DNA of 64,000 nt from a virus (taxonomy: Duplodnaviria; Heunggongvirae; Uroviricota; Caudoviricetes), in IMG/VR virus record IMGVR_UViG_3300032167_007646. One strand, written 5' to 3'. The notes under the pieces were generated by a model, which was not told the DNA's origin, searched no databases, and was given only the letters and a program-made list of their open reading frames with translations. Numbering within the stretch: the first letter of the stretch is position 1; each line of letters starts with the position of its first letter. The translations under genes and the position numbers were made by a program. Shown here piece by piece: positions 19,138 through 28,959 of this stretch.

Positions 19138-21261
19138 TTACTCCTTATTTTCTACCTTTAATTTTACAGATATATTAGAAGTCAATATAACATTATCTAA
19201 TCCATCAAACTGCATTATCATATTATATTTTCCTACTGATAACTCTGAAGCATCTATATATGGTCTTATATTATCCTTAGTAATTGAGGATAAAACAGAG
19301 TCCTCACCACTTATAACTATACTAAAAGTACTATCCTCTATAATGGCCTTATAATTACTATTTAAACCCCTTAATTCCACATTTTCTTTATTAAATGTTA
19401 TAGTACTCGTATTTAACAATTCAAAATGTAAAGTTATAATAACCTCATCATTTTCCCCTGCAAAATAAATACCATCTGACAAATAATCAGATATTTTTAT
19501 AGATTTCGCAAACTCATTATTTGTCAAGTTATTAACATCTATATTTATATCTGCCAAAATATCTAATACTTCTAAGGATGCAATTCTATCTTTATTTCCA
19601 GCTAATCTCACATTCTGTGGTTCAAAAGTAAAACTATCTACTTTATAACCACCTATAACTTCTTGACTCAATTCTATATTTATTGGTATTTCCTTTACAG
19701 GATAACTTTCACCATATGCTTTAACCTCATAATTATCAAATGTAAAATAATCATTAGATAACTCATTACCATTTCTATCATATACTATTGGTTCTGCATT
19801 ACCCTCAAATGTACCCACTGCGTCAGTAGTATCATAAGTATAAACTACCTTATCAACAGTATCTATTTTGGATTTACCACCTGTTAAAATAACCTTATCT
19901 ATATCACTATATAATACAGGAACAAAAGTTGAACTGCTCAATTCTGAATATCTTTCTAAAACAATAGGTACTTCTTTACTCACAATAGAGTCTAATTCTA
20001 CTGTTATTGTATCTCCTGCTAAAAATCTTATATCACAATTAGGAGCACCCTCTACATAACCCTGTAATAATACAGCATTAACATAGGATAATTTAGTCAA
20101 GTCTGCTACAACTTTTATATCTTCTTTATAAATCTTATCTACAACAGAACGATTTGCAGTTACTTCTACATCCACAAATTCTTCTGAAGTAATTTCAAAT
20201 GTTTTTCCTGTTGATTCTATAACCTGAGTATTAATCACCTCAATAGGAACATCATTAAAAACAACAGATGTCATAGGATTTGAAACATTCATAAGTAATA
20301 CCCAACCCACAACACCTACAACTATTGAAGATAAAGTTGCTACTATCTCATCTTTACTAAATAACTCTTTAATACTAAACTTATTAAACTTAAATTTAAC
20401 CTTTTCCTTTACCTGACTAACATCTGTTACTTCTTCTTTTTTCTGATATTTATAAAGTAATTCAGTTAATTTTTCTTTTGTTAAATTACCCTCTATTTTA
20501 CCATTATAAGAAAGAGAAACATTACCTGTTTCTTCTGAAACTATAATTACAACTGCGTCTGTAAACTCACTAGCACCAACTGCTGCACGATGGCGAGTAC
20601 CTAATTTTTTATTTATATTAGTTTTCTTAGTTAAAGGTAAATAACAAGTTGCTGCTGCTATTCTATCCTTTACAATAATCATAGCTCCATCATGCATTGG
20701 TGTGTTTTTTTCAAACATATTTATAATTAACTGTGAAGTTATTGTAGAATCTGTTTCTAACCCTGTTTCAATATACTCTGTTAAAGGTATATCTCTTTCT
20801 AATACAATCAAAGCACCTGTTTTAACCTCACCCATTGAAAAACACGCTTTTGAAAGTTCTGCAATACTTTTATCACTATAATACTTATATACTTCTTTAT
20901 CTTTCTTAAATAAAGAAATTATATCCAAATCACCAACTATATTTTTCTTACCTAAACTTTCAATAAATTTTCTTATCTCTGGTTGAAATACTATTATTAT
21001 TGCAAATAATAAAATAGTTAATACACTTTGGAATATTACTAATATAGCATCAAAATTCAAGAGATAAGCTACATTATAAAACAAAAATAAAATAAAAATA
21101 CCTTTTAACACTATCTTTGCTCTTGTATTCCTTAATCCTTTTATTATTTTATGTATTAAATATATCAATATAAAAATTTCTATAATATCTCCTAACCTAA
21201 ATGTAGGTATATAAACAGAAGATATCTCTTTTAATTGTGTTAAAAAATTCAAAAACCTCAC
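19138..21261 (-). CDS. cdaA: Diadenylate cyclase CdaA fused to YbbR/CdaR repeat domains
   Basis: 3 N-terminal TM helices, VFQPEIR, GALIV, catalytic HDGA and GTRHRAA, IIVSEETG; then a TM helix and several YbbR-like repeats (707 aa). Confidence 0.92.
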   Translation of the reverse strand: MRFLNFLTQLKEISSVYIPTFRLGDIIEIFILIYLIHKIIKGLRNTRAKIVLKGIFILFLFYNVAYLLNFDAILVIFQSVLTILLFAIIIVFQPEIRKFIESLGKKNIVGDLDIISLFKKDKEVYKYYSDKSIAELSKACFSMGEVKTGALIVLERDIPLTEYIETGLETDSTITSQLIINMFEKNTPMHDGAMIIVKDRIAAATCYLPLTKKTNINKKLGTRHRAAVGASEFTDAVVIIVSEETGNVSLSYNGKIEGNLTKEKLTELLYKYQKKEEVTDVSQVKEKVKFKFNKFSIKELFSKDEIVATLSSIVVGVVGWVLLMNVSNPMTSVVFNDVPIEVINTQVIESTGKTFEITSEEFVDVEVTANRSVVDKIYKEDIKVVADLTKLSYVNAVLLQGYVEGAPNCDIRFLAGDTITVELDSIVSKEVPIVLERYSELSSSTFVPVLYSDIDKVILTGGKSKIDTVDKVVYTYDTTDAVGTFEGNAEPIVYDRNGNELSNDYFTFDNYEVKAYGESYPVKEIPINIELSQEVIGGYKVDSFTFEPQNVRLAGNKDRIASLEVLDILADINIDVNNLTNNEFAKSIKISDYLSDGIYFAGENDEVIITLHFELLNTSTITFNKENVELRGLNSNYKAIIEDSTFSIVISGEDSVLSSITKDNIRPYIDASELSVGKYNMIMQFDGLDNVILTSNISVKLKVENKE

Positions 21262-21325
21262 CCCAAACCAAAAATATTATACTACAGTATAATATTTCCA
21301 ACTGTAGCCTTTTATGTCCAAATAA

Positions 21326-21363
21326 AAAAGACACAGATAATTTTTCTTTTTTCTGTGTCTTTT
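21326..21363 (-). terminator. Intrinsic terminator
   Basis: aaaagacacaga/tctgtgtctttt inverted repeat. Confidence 0.75.
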
Positions 21364-21398
21364 CAACTTCAATATTAATTTAACAATTTATTGAAAAA

Positions 21399-22196
21399 TC
21401 AGAGTTTTATTTGATTTTTTCTATACATAGATGCTAAATCTTTTCTATCAATATAAATAACATTATTACCCTCTAATGTAATCTTAAATGGAAAATAATC
21501 AAAATCTTTTTCCTTATAATTACATTCTTTCAAGTCACTTTGTAAAACACCAAGTAAATATGCCTTTCTAGGTCCACCAACTAATTCTTTTAATATATCA
21601 GTATCTATGATAATAGGTAAACCCCTATAACCACTTATTCTACTTGCGTGTAAAAAAGACATATAAATTAAATCAGTTGGAACAATATATTTTGCCCCTC
21701 TATTCCAGCACCATCTTAATAATAATCTTATTTCAGGTCTTATACTACGACACTTCAATATTTCTTCTTTTGACTTTAATTCTTGAATTATTTTTAATTC
21801 ATTAAAAGATAATGACATTGCATCTTGTAATTGAATATCTCTAAATACACCATTATTCATAGGTAAAGATATTTTTTCAGAAGTATTCTCAGTATTTACT
21901 ATACTAAAAGAGTCTCTTGAAAGTACTTCTACTTTCTTTCCGTCTTTTTCTACCCTTAATATCTTTTTTACTTCCTCATCCCATAATGGATATGTTCTTG
22001 CAATATTTCCAAAATGATAATGTTTTTTATCATCATAAGTTGTACAATAAACATACAAACCTAATGTATTATTTGAACAATAAGGTTTTTCTTTTTTAAT
22101 TAAAAAAGACTTCACATTATCTTCTTCTGAATCACAAAAACCATTATAATCTAATTCACTTAAATCTGCATAAAATTTATCTGACATAATACTCAC
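21399..22196 (-). CDS. Hypothetical protein
   Basis: 265-aa ORF with RBS. Confidence 0.75.
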   Translation of the reverse strand: MSIMSDKFYADLSELDYNGFCDSEEDNVKSFLIKKEKPYCSNNTLGLYVYCTTYDDKKHYHFGNIARTYPLWDEEVKKILRVEKDGKKVEVLSRDSFSIVNTENTSEKISLPMNNGVFRDIQLQDAMSLSFNELKIIQELKSKEEILKCRSIRPEIRLLLRWCWNRGAKYIVPTDLIYMSFLHASRISGYRGLPIIIDTDILKELVGGPRKAYLLGVLQSDLKECNYKEKDFDYFPFKITLEGNNVIYIDRKDLASMYRKNQIKL

Positions 22197-22206
22197 ACTC
22201 CTTTAA

Positions 22207-22551
22207 TTAACTCGCAAAAGGAGTAGCATATACTAAATCACCATTATTTATTTGTCTTTCTATAAAGTCCATAGTTTCAAAACAAAAATAGAAAGTATCT
22301 ATTCCTGATATAGTAATATACCAACAACCTTTATAAAAATCATCTTTTTTAGCAGTAGCTTTACTCTTAAATTTTTTTGTTAAATAATCTTCTATACAAG
22401 ATTTTGCCTGAGCATTTTTACCTAATTTTAGTTCTACAAGTTGACTATTACCTATAATAAAACCTGCATTATCTAATTGTGTTAAATAACCCTTAACTAC
22501 TTTACGAACTGTATTATTTTCAATAGGACTTTTTACTGCCATATTAAACAC
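22207..22551 (-). CDS. Hypothetical protein
   Basis: 114-aa ORF. Confidence 0.7.
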   Translation of the reverse strand: MFNMAVKSPIENNTVRKVVKGYLTQLDNAGFIIGNSQLVELKLGKNAQAKSCIEDYLTKKFKSKATAKKDDFYKGCWYITISGIDTFYFCFETMDFIERQINNGDLVYATPFAS

Positions 22552-22607
22552 TCCCCTATATTTATTCTAAACAAATATAAGTATTTATGCTCAAATTTCA
22601 TGTATTT

Positions 22608-23273
22608 TTATTTTTCAATATGTACTGATTTTACACCTTCTATTGATAATATTTCACTTTCTAAATCTGTTAAAATCTTTATATTTCTAACCAAAACAAC
22701 AAATTTTATTTCTATAAAATCACTTTTTATATTATCTACAAGACCAATATCTACAACTTCTAAACCATTATCAATTAAAAAATCCTGTAAATTATTTATT
22801 GTATTATCTAAACTTTCAACAAAAACACTTACATTTTTTCTTAATCCTTTTTTAGTAGTAAAGCCCAAAAAGTGTAAAGAACTATAAACTATAATTGTTG
22901 TTAAAATACCTGCTGAATAAAATCCACCACCTATTGCTAAACCCACACACGCAACAACCCATAATGTTGCAGCAGTAGTTAAACCCCTAACTGAAAAACC
23001 ATCTTTAAGTATTGCTCCTGCACCTAAAAAACCTATACCTGAAACCACTTGAGCACCTAAACGAGTTATATCAATAGTATTGTCTATTCTATGCATATAC
23101 TCACCTAAAAGCATAATTAAACAAGAGCCTAAACAAACTATCATATGTGTTCTAACCCCCGCTGGTCTATTCAATTTTTCTCTTTCCAAACCTATTATAC
23201 CACCTAATATAGCAGAAATAATAAGTCTAATAGATATGTATAAATTACTTAAAATTAAATCCAAAACCAACAC
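22608..23273 (-). CDS. mgtC: MgtC/SapB family membrane protein with C-terminal ACT-like domain
   Basis: IGLERE, AGVRTHMIV, RLGAQVVSGIGFLGAGAI, GLTTAATLW. Confidence 0.92.
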   Translation of the reverse strand: MLVLDLILSNLYISIRLIISAILGGIIGLEREKLNRPAGVRTHMIVCLGSCLIMLLGEYMHRIDNTIDITRLGAQVVSGIGFLGAGAILKDGFSVRGLTTAATLWVVACVGLAIGGGFYSAGILTTIIVYSSLHFLGFTTKKGLRKNVSVFVESLDNTINNLQDFLIDNGLEVVDIGLVDNIKSDFIEIKFVVLVRNIKILTDLESEILSIEGVKSVHIEK

Positions 23274-23280
23274 CCTTTAA

Positions 23281-23508
23281 TTAAACATAATTTTCAAACT
23301 TTGCATCTTCTTTACTTATAATAAATTCTTCATCATTACCAAATGAACGAACTTTAAAACCTCTTTTTCTATTTATCCAACATCTTTTTCCACCAACACT
23401 AATTGGTTTATTATAATATCTAAAATCATAATCAGTTAAAACATATAAACTAACAATTACTAAAGCTAACATAATTAAACCAACTATTACTTCACCTATT
23501 CCTATCAT
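23281..23508 (-). CDS. Small membrane protein
   Basis: N-terminal TM, 75 aa. Confidence 0.6.
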   Translation of the reverse strand: MIGIGEVIVGLIMLALVIVSLYVLTDYDFRYYNKPISVGGKRCWINRKRGFKVRSFGNDEEFIISKEDAKFENYV

Positions 23509-23518
23509 AATAAAAACC

Positions 23519-23710
23519 TCACTTCAAATAACTTGCCTTTGGTAATTCATCTACATATTTTGCAGATGTATTCCATTGACTTCTACATTTATTACAAAAC
23601 ACTATTTTCTTTTTTCCAGCATATCCTATAATCTCCCAATAAGATTTATCTTTTGGTACACAACAACAAGAATTTCCACTTGCTGAACTACCCATCCAAC
23701 CATTTGCCAT
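23519..23710 (-). CDS. Small Cys-rich hypothetical protein
   Basis: SCCC and CNKC motifs, 63 aa. Confidence 0.6.
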   Translation of the reverse strand: MANGWMGSSASGNSCCCVPKDKSYWEIIGYAGKKKIVFCNKCRSQWNTSAKYVDELPKASYLK

Positions 23711-23722
23711 TACAACACCCTC

Positions 23723-23929
23723 TTAATCAATTTTATATTTAGGTAAGCCATTTTTCTCAAAATATGCTATCATTTCATCTAAATTATCTTCATCTTCTTT
23801 TATATCAAAACTATTTATAATTTCCCTACTAATTCTTGTTGCTTTTGATTCTCTCAATGCAAAATAAGGTAATACAAAACCAACTATACCAATACAAATA
23901 CTTATAAATATCATACAACCAATTAACAT
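23723..23929 (-). CDS. Small membrane protein
   Basis: N-terminal TM, 68 aa. Confidence 0.6.
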   Translation of the reverse strand: MLIGCMIFISICIGIVGFVLPYFALRESKATRISREIINSFDIKEDEDNLDEMIAYFEKNGLPKYKID

Positions 23930-23943
23930 ACAAACACTCCAAA

Positions 23944-24555
23944 CTATTTAATTCTATTCATTATTTTATCAGTTTCTTCATACACTTTTTGAATTGTTTT
24001 GTCTGCGCTAAAATCATCTTTTTTACCATCACCTATTCTATTATGCATTTTTGTATAAACTAATGCTACTAACTCTCTTTCATAAAAACCATCAAATAAC
24101 CCTGGTCTATATCTTTTATTTAAATCAACTGCATCTATATATACATAATAATCCAAAGTAATAGAAGTACCCCTCTTTTTCATTCTTAAACCATAAGGCT
24201 TATTTATTACTTCAGTAAAACCATATTCCCTACAAACTTCTTCAAATATTTTTATTCTATTTAATTCTTCGTCTGTAAAAGGCTTTTTACGAGGTCTCTT
24301 ATGATTTACAAATTTATATGCCAAGTCCTCGTCAGACTTTATTCCATTTATAAATTCTCTATAACAATCTTTATGCACAGCAAAATTCAACTGTAATTCC
24401 TTACCTAACTGCCTAAATTTCATAGGTGGAACTACAATACAATATTCTTCTTCTCTCTTTACATATTGACCACAAATAGCGCAGACTTTATTATCTACGC
24501 TACTTTTAGGTCTAAATGTTATTACATCTTGATTCTTATTTGTTAATAACCACAT
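23944..24555 (-). CDS. Hypothetical protein with N-terminal Zn-finger
   Basis: CAIC...HKDC. Confidence 0.7.
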   Translation of the reverse strand: MWLLTNKNQDVITFRPKSSVDNKVCAICGQYVKREEEYCIVVPPMKFRQLGKELQLNFAVHKDCYREFINGIKSDEDLAYKFVNHKRPRKKPFTDEELNRIKIFEEVCREYGFTEVINKPYGLRMKKRGTSITLDYYVYIDAVDLNKRYRPGLFDGFYERELVALVYTKMHNRIGDGKKDDFSADKTIQKVYEETDKIMNRIK

Positions 24556-24564
24556 AAAATCACC

Positions 24565-24768
24565 TTATTTTGCCCTATAATAAATATCAGGATTACTTGT
24601 AACATTATAAATATAACTACCACAACGAACCAATAAAGCGTCTTTACCATAATATTTATCCTTCATACCTTTAATACTACCTGACGCTGAAAAATTAGGG
24701 TAATTATCTATACCTAATCTTTCTCCCTCTTTTACTGCTAAATACCTTGTTCTTGCCATAATAAACAA
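24565..24768 (-). CDS. Small hypothetical protein
   Basis: 67 aa with RBS. Confidence 0.65.
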   Translation of the reverse strand: MFIMARTRYLAVKEGERLGIDNYPNFSASGSIKGMKDKYYGKDALLVRCGSYIYNVTSNPDIYYRAK

Positions 24769-24783
24769 CTCCTTATAAGTTAA

Positions 24784-25308
24784 TTACTTCTTAATTCCAT
24801 AACCACCTACAAATTTACTTACCTCTGAACTAACAACAAATACTTCTTTATCGCAAAGTTCTCTTATATCTGCTATTACAGATTTAACATCTTTACGAGG
24901 TAAAACAATCATCACAACACTCATTGATTCTTTTGACCCTTTACCATCTAAAACAGTAAAACCTCTATCTGCTTTATTCAAATATTCAATTACTTTTTCC
25001 ACTTTATTACTCTTAACCATTAACTGAATACTTGAAGTTCCTAATGCTATTTTACCCTCTAAAACAGAACCAACATACATACCCGTAGAATAACCTAAAC
25101 AATAGAAAAATAACATTAAAGGTTCACCACTTAATGTATCTATAATTGCAGAAATAACCAAACCCCAAATAACACATTCCAAAAAACCTAATGCTGCAGC
25201 TTGAATTCTCTGTCCTTTTACCATAAATACCGTCTTTACAGAAGATATAGAAATTTCTAATATCTTTGCTAAACATACTATTAAACAAGAAAAAATAGTT
25301 TCTAACAT
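24784..25308 (-). CDS. DUF5698/DUF2179 family membrane protein
   Basis: AKILEISISSVKTVFMVKG...AAALGFLE..IW; C-terminal PII-like RGFTVLDGKG. Confidence 0.8.
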   Translation of the reverse strand: MLETIFSCLIVCLAKILEISISSVKTVFMVKGQRIQAAALGFLECVIWGLVISAIIDTLSGEPLMLFFYCLGYSTGMYVGSVLEGKIALGTSSIQLMVKSNKVEKVIEYLNKADRGFTVLDGKGSKESMSVVMIVLPRKDVKSVIADIRELCDKEVFVVSSEVSKFVGGYGIKK

Positions 25309-25320
25309 ATCCTTAACTCC

Positions 25321-25488
25321 TTATGAAAAAATATCTAAAATATCTAAAATAAAATCTAAAACTTCAAAGAAAAATCCTAATTTAGATTCTTTCTTTTCAC
25401 CTATATGGTCTTTATAAATTTTACCTTTACCTTGACCTATTAACTTACCTTTATCATCATATATCTGATTATTTCTAAATTCAACCAT
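25321..25488 (-). CDS. Small hypothetical protein (55 aa, absent from ORF track)
   Basis: MVEFRNNQIYDDKGKLIGQGKGKIYKDHIGEKKESKLGFFFEVLDFILDILDIFS; AGGTG RBS and own promoter. Confidence 0.65.
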   Translation of the reverse strand: MVEFRNNQIYDDKGKLIGQGKGKIYKDHIGEKKESKLGFFFEVLDFILDILDIFS

Positions 25489-25502
25489 ACATCATCACCT
25501 TT

Positions 25503-25531
25503 ATTATAACATAACTTTTTATATTTTTCAA
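25503..25531 (-). promoter_or_regulatory. sigmaA-type promoter
   Basis: TTGAAA, 17 nt, TGnTATAAT on minus strand. Confidence 0.7.
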
Positions 25532-25552
25532 TACCCATGTAAACAATTTTGA

Positions 25553-25669
25553 TTACATTTGACTTAAATAACAATAACCTACTATTAAACACATCATTAT
25601 AACACAAACTATTACAACCATTAAATAAAAAACTAATTTTCTCTCTTTACTCTTTTCTCTATCTTTCAT
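25553..25669 (-). CDS. 38-aa single-TM mini-protein (absent from ORF track)
   Basis: MKDREKSKERKLVFYLMVVIVCVIMMCLIVGYCYLSQM; GAGGT RBS overlapping the upstream stop. Confidence 0.55.
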   Translation of the reverse strand: MKDREKSKERKLVFYLMVVIVCVIMMCLIVGYCYLSQM

Positions 25670-25679
25670 ATTAAATACC

Positions 25680-26147
25680 TCATTTTACACGTAATCCAAA
25701 CCATACTCTACCTACACGACTATTCTTTGTCATAATTGCCGCTGTTTTTTGTGCATCTGACTTACTATATGTTTTAGCCTGATTTATATAAAAAGTATAT
25801 TCACCTCTACCATTACCTTTATACATTCTACTATACACGCCATCATCTGAAGCTATTATCCAAACTTGCTTTGACTCTGCATCTTTTTTTGCTAATCTTG
25901 CTTCTTCTTTTTCTTGTTTATCTAACATTCTTTCATAATATGCTTCTTCTTCTGGAGTCATTATATCAGCATTTCCATCATCATACTGTAATACATAATC
26001 ACCATTTTTATAAAAAGTACCCATATATCTATACCCATTACAATTACACCAATCTCGTGCTTCTATCTCATTATTAACAGATATGAAATGAACCATTATA
26101 ATCACTCCCTTACATTCTCTTAATTTAATATACCTATTTATGTCCAT
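25680..26147 (-). CDS. Hypothetical protein
   Basis: True start probably MVHFIS (about 26096, AGGGAG RBS). Confidence 0.7.
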   Translation of the reverse strand: MDINRYIKLRECKGVIIMVHFISVNNEIEARDWCNCNGYRYMGTFYKNGDYVLQYDDGNADIMTPEEEAYYERMLDKQEKEEARLAKKDAESKQVWIIASDDGVYSRMYKGNGRGEYTFYINQAKTYSKSDAQKTAAIMTKNSRVGRVWFGLRVK

Positions 26148-26153
26148 AAAAAC

Positions 26154-26182
26154 AGTGAGGTAAATTTTATTTATACCTCACT
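26154..26182 (-). terminator. Intrinsic terminator
   Basis: agtgaggta/tacctcact. Confidence 0.65.
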
Positions 26183-26193
26183 AAAAATTTATT

Positions 26194-27123
26194 TTATTCT
26201 AATTCTTTTTGTGAACTCTCACAATATTCTTTATTTAATTCAAAACCTAAATAATTCCTTTTTAACCTTTTAGCAACTCGACAAGTAGTACCACTACCTG
26301 AAAAAATATCTACAACTAAGTCACCTACACCTGTATAATATCTTATAGCCATTTCAGGTATTTCTTCAGGAAATGGAGCAGTATGCCCTACTGTATTTTC
26401 ACCTTTACAATTCACTTTTATTACAGGTGTTATTCTTACTATATCCCTTCTCCAACCATTTATAAAATCTCTATCTATTTCATTTTCTGGTTTTTGATAG
26501 TCATTCATCATAATACTTCTAATTGAAAATCTTTTTCCTCTACCTTTTTCTGACTTTGTAGGACAGTTAGGATTTTTACACTCCCAAGACTGAACACCTA
26601 TACTACTACAACTATTTGACTGCATTATCATTTCACCACAATCAGGACAAGGTATCTTTGTCTTATCTAATTTATGTTTAGCAAATACTAAAATATGTTC
26701 ATAACAATTCACAGGATATTGATAAAATGGATATGGAGGATTACCTAAATGTCTTTTACTTTGAGGTTCACCCTTATCCCAAATATAATCATCTATATAC
26801 TCAAAACCTATTTCTTCAAGCATCATAGTAAACATAGCACCTAATGGTAATCTCCTAACACTCCATTTTGCCTTACCTACTTGACAACTTATATCACCAA
26901 CATTAACTATAACATAATGATGATTTTTAACAGTTCTATAAGTCTCTATAAAAATATTTTTCATATCATTCATATAATCTTCAACAGTTTCCCATTGAGA
27001 ATACTCACGAGCATTAAAATAAGGTGGTGAAGTAACTATTAAATCTATACTATCATCACTCATATGTTTTAATCCGTCTAAACAATCTATATTATGTATC
27101 TTATTTAATTCCAAATAATTCAC
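26194..27123 (-). CDS. Beta-class DNA methyltransferase (N4-C/N6-A) with Cys-rich insertion
   Basis: LIVTSPPYF, HTAPFPEEI, VVDIFSGSGTT; insert CPDCG...WECKNPNC. Confidence 0.9.
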   Translation of the reverse strand: MNYLELNKIHNIDCLDGLKHMSDDSIDLIVTSPPYFNAREYSQWETVEDYMNDMKNIFIETYRTVKNHHYVIVNVGDISCQVGKAKWSVRRLPLGAMFTMMLEEIGFEYIDDYIWDKGEPQSKRHLGNPPYPFYQYPVNCYEHILVFAKHKLDKTKIPCPDCGEMIMQSNSCSSIGVQSWECKNPNCPTKSEKGRGKRFSIRSIMMNDYQKPENEIDRDFINGWRRDIVRITPVIKVNCKGENTVGHTAPFPEEIPEMAIRYYTGVGDLVVDIFSGSGTTCRVAKRLKRNYLGFELNKEYCESSQKELE

Positions 27124-27198
27124 CCCTCAAACTTTATATATTTATTTTCTTTTATGCATTGATTTATGTCCATATATAAATAAAAACAGAATAAAAAT

Positions 27199-27223
27199 AA
27201 AAGCGTAGATATCCTACGCTTTT
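27199..27223 (-). terminator. Intrinsic terminator
   Basis: aaaagcgtag/ctacgctttt. Confidence 0.8.
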
Positions 27224-27239
27224 ACAAATTCTATTATAT

Positions 27240-27851
27240 TTACTTAAACATTTTTGCAGGAATAATATCAACATTTGCCCTATGAACATACACAAGACCA
27301 TCATCAATATAAATCTTTGTAGTCTTTGGCAAATCAGCAGGAACTTCTGTATAACAGTCATCACCCTGAAACATACAAATAGGTGCTCCTGTCTGACTGA
27401 ATACTACTACTACACTCTTTTTACCAAATTCATTACGATAATTATTGATTACCCTATCTACACCCTGCAGACCTGTTGAAGCATTAGGTGTTGAAAGTGT
27501 ATCAGGTACTTGAAAGTCTGTAATCATATCTACACCCTCTTGTGCAAATACCAATGTATTACCTACATGTTCCCACTCATAACCATCAATAGTAATATCT
27601 ATGTACGAAGAGTCATTACCCATTGAATCAGTTCCACCCTCAAGAGAAATATTATCACCATTAAGGGTTAGAATTTTATTTCCAAAGTTATCATACTCCC
27701 AAACCTGATAGTCATTACCAAAGAGTTCACCCTTCCAACTTGCTATCAAACTCTTAAGTCCTGAACAACCTGTTAGACAGACAAGAACCAAAATAACTGC
27801 CATAACAACAATACACATTTTTGCAATATAACCTACAAATTTCCTATTCAT
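27240..27851 (-). CDS. Lipoprotein, DUF5052-like
   Basis: Lipobox LTGC; YDNFGNK, VVVFSQTGAPICMFQGD, PKTTKIYIDDG. Confidence 0.75.
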   Translation of the reverse strand: MNRKFVGYIAKMCIVVMAVILVLVCLTGCSGLKSLIASWKGELFGNDYQVWEYDNFGNKILTLNGDNISLEGGTDSMGNDSSYIDITIDGYEWEHVGNTLVFAQEGVDMITDFQVPDTLSTPNASTGLQGVDRVINNYRNEFGKKSVVVVFSQTGAPICMFQGDDCYTEVPADLPKTTKIYIDDGLVYVHRANVDIIPAKMFK

Positions 27852-27899
27852 TTTTTCTTTTCCTCCAAAACTAAAATATTAAGTTTTCACTTTATATTT

Positions 27900-27928
27900 A
27901 TTATACCACATTTACACACTTTTGTCAA
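27900..27928 (-). promoter_or_regulatory. Consensus sigmaA promoter
   Basis: TTGACA, 17 nt, TGnTATAAT. Confidence 0.85.
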
Positions 27929-27933
27929 GCTTT

Positions 27934-28608
27934 TTAATCCCATACAAAAACATTTTTTTCAATAAGTATATTTCCTTCTTCATCTTTTTTTAATTCAATA
28001 TTCATTTCTCTTACAGAAGAACAACTACCTATACCCTGTGTTTCATACTTTTTACCATATTCATTCTTAAATAATTCTAATTTATCTATTTTTACAACAG
28101 AATAATATTCACCTTTTCTATATACAGAAATTTTAGGATTTTCTTCTAAATATTTTTTCAATTCTTCTTTATTTACCTTAAATTCTTTCCAAGGCCATCT
28201 CCATAATTTACCTAATATATCCGCACATATTCCTTGAGGATTTCCTGAAATATGAAAACCATATTTATTTGTTATTGTTTCTGGCATAAAAGATAAATCT
28301 ATTTTCTCTTTACGTAAAGAAATCTCTAATAAACTTTCAAATCTCTTTAATGTTTTATAATCTTGCAAATGTGCATTTTTCACAGTTAGGCCTACTTCTT
28401 TTAGTACATTTTCCACAATTTTATCCACATTCTTTGCTGCATATAATCTCTTATATAAAATATCAGCTTCTTTCTTATTCATATATGATATATCACCCTT
28501 TGGGTCAACAACTTTAACTGTATTAGGGTTTTGTATTCTACCATCTATTCCTATTCGTGTCTTATCAGTATATACTTCATAAAACTTAAAATTACTTACC
28601 TGTTTCAT
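27934..28608 (-). CDS. Hypothetical protein
   Basis: 224 aa, AGGAG RBS. Confidence 0.75.
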   Translation of the reverse strand: MKQVSNFKFYEVYTDKTRIGIDGRIQNPNTVKVVDPKGDISYMNKKEADILYKRLYAAKNVDKIVENVLKEVGLTVKNAHLQDYKTLKRFESLLEISLRKEKIDLSFMPETITNKYGFHISGNPQGICADILGKLWRWPWKEFKVNKEELKKYLEENPKISVYRKGEYYSVVKIDKLELFKNEYGKKYETQGIGSCSSVREMNIELKKDEEGNILIEKNVFVWD

Positions 28609-28930
28609 AAAATCAACTCCTAATTTATTTTTACTACTTTAAAATAAGTTTAATTGTACCATCTAACTGTAGTTATAAAAATAATATGTCTCCATATTTA
28701 CAAAAATTTTATATTTTTTATAGATAAAATATTTTTATCATTACTTTATCACAAATATAATTTAACTTATAAAAATTATAAATATTTCTTCAAACAAGCA
28801 TAAAATAATATTGTTATTTCAATATTTTATTATTTAAAAATATAACATTATACTTTTTATTGCTATTTCAACAAATCATTCAATTTCTTTTAAAAAAGAT
28901 ATTTTATTTTAAAATATGATAAAAACAAAA

Positions 28931-28952
28931 GGTGAGTATTTAAATACCCACC
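28931..28952 (-). terminator. Probable terminator
   Basis: ggtgagtattt/aaatacccacc imperfect hairpin followed by T-run on minus strand. Confidence 0.55.
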
Positions 28953-28959
28953 CATAGTT

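Noticed and set aside
21300-21324. Novel motif read as a sigma54 promoter or as a simple variant -35 box
   Set aside because: No TGGCAC-N5-TTGC. Spacing from TGGACA to the nearest TATAAT-like hexamer varies (about 11-39 nt by my count); only the secondary copy at 18194 fits 17-18 nt
27164-27364. 66-aa minus-strand ORF overlapping the DUF5052-like gene
   Set aside because: Out-of-frame overlap with a well-supported gene; runs through a terminator; no RBS
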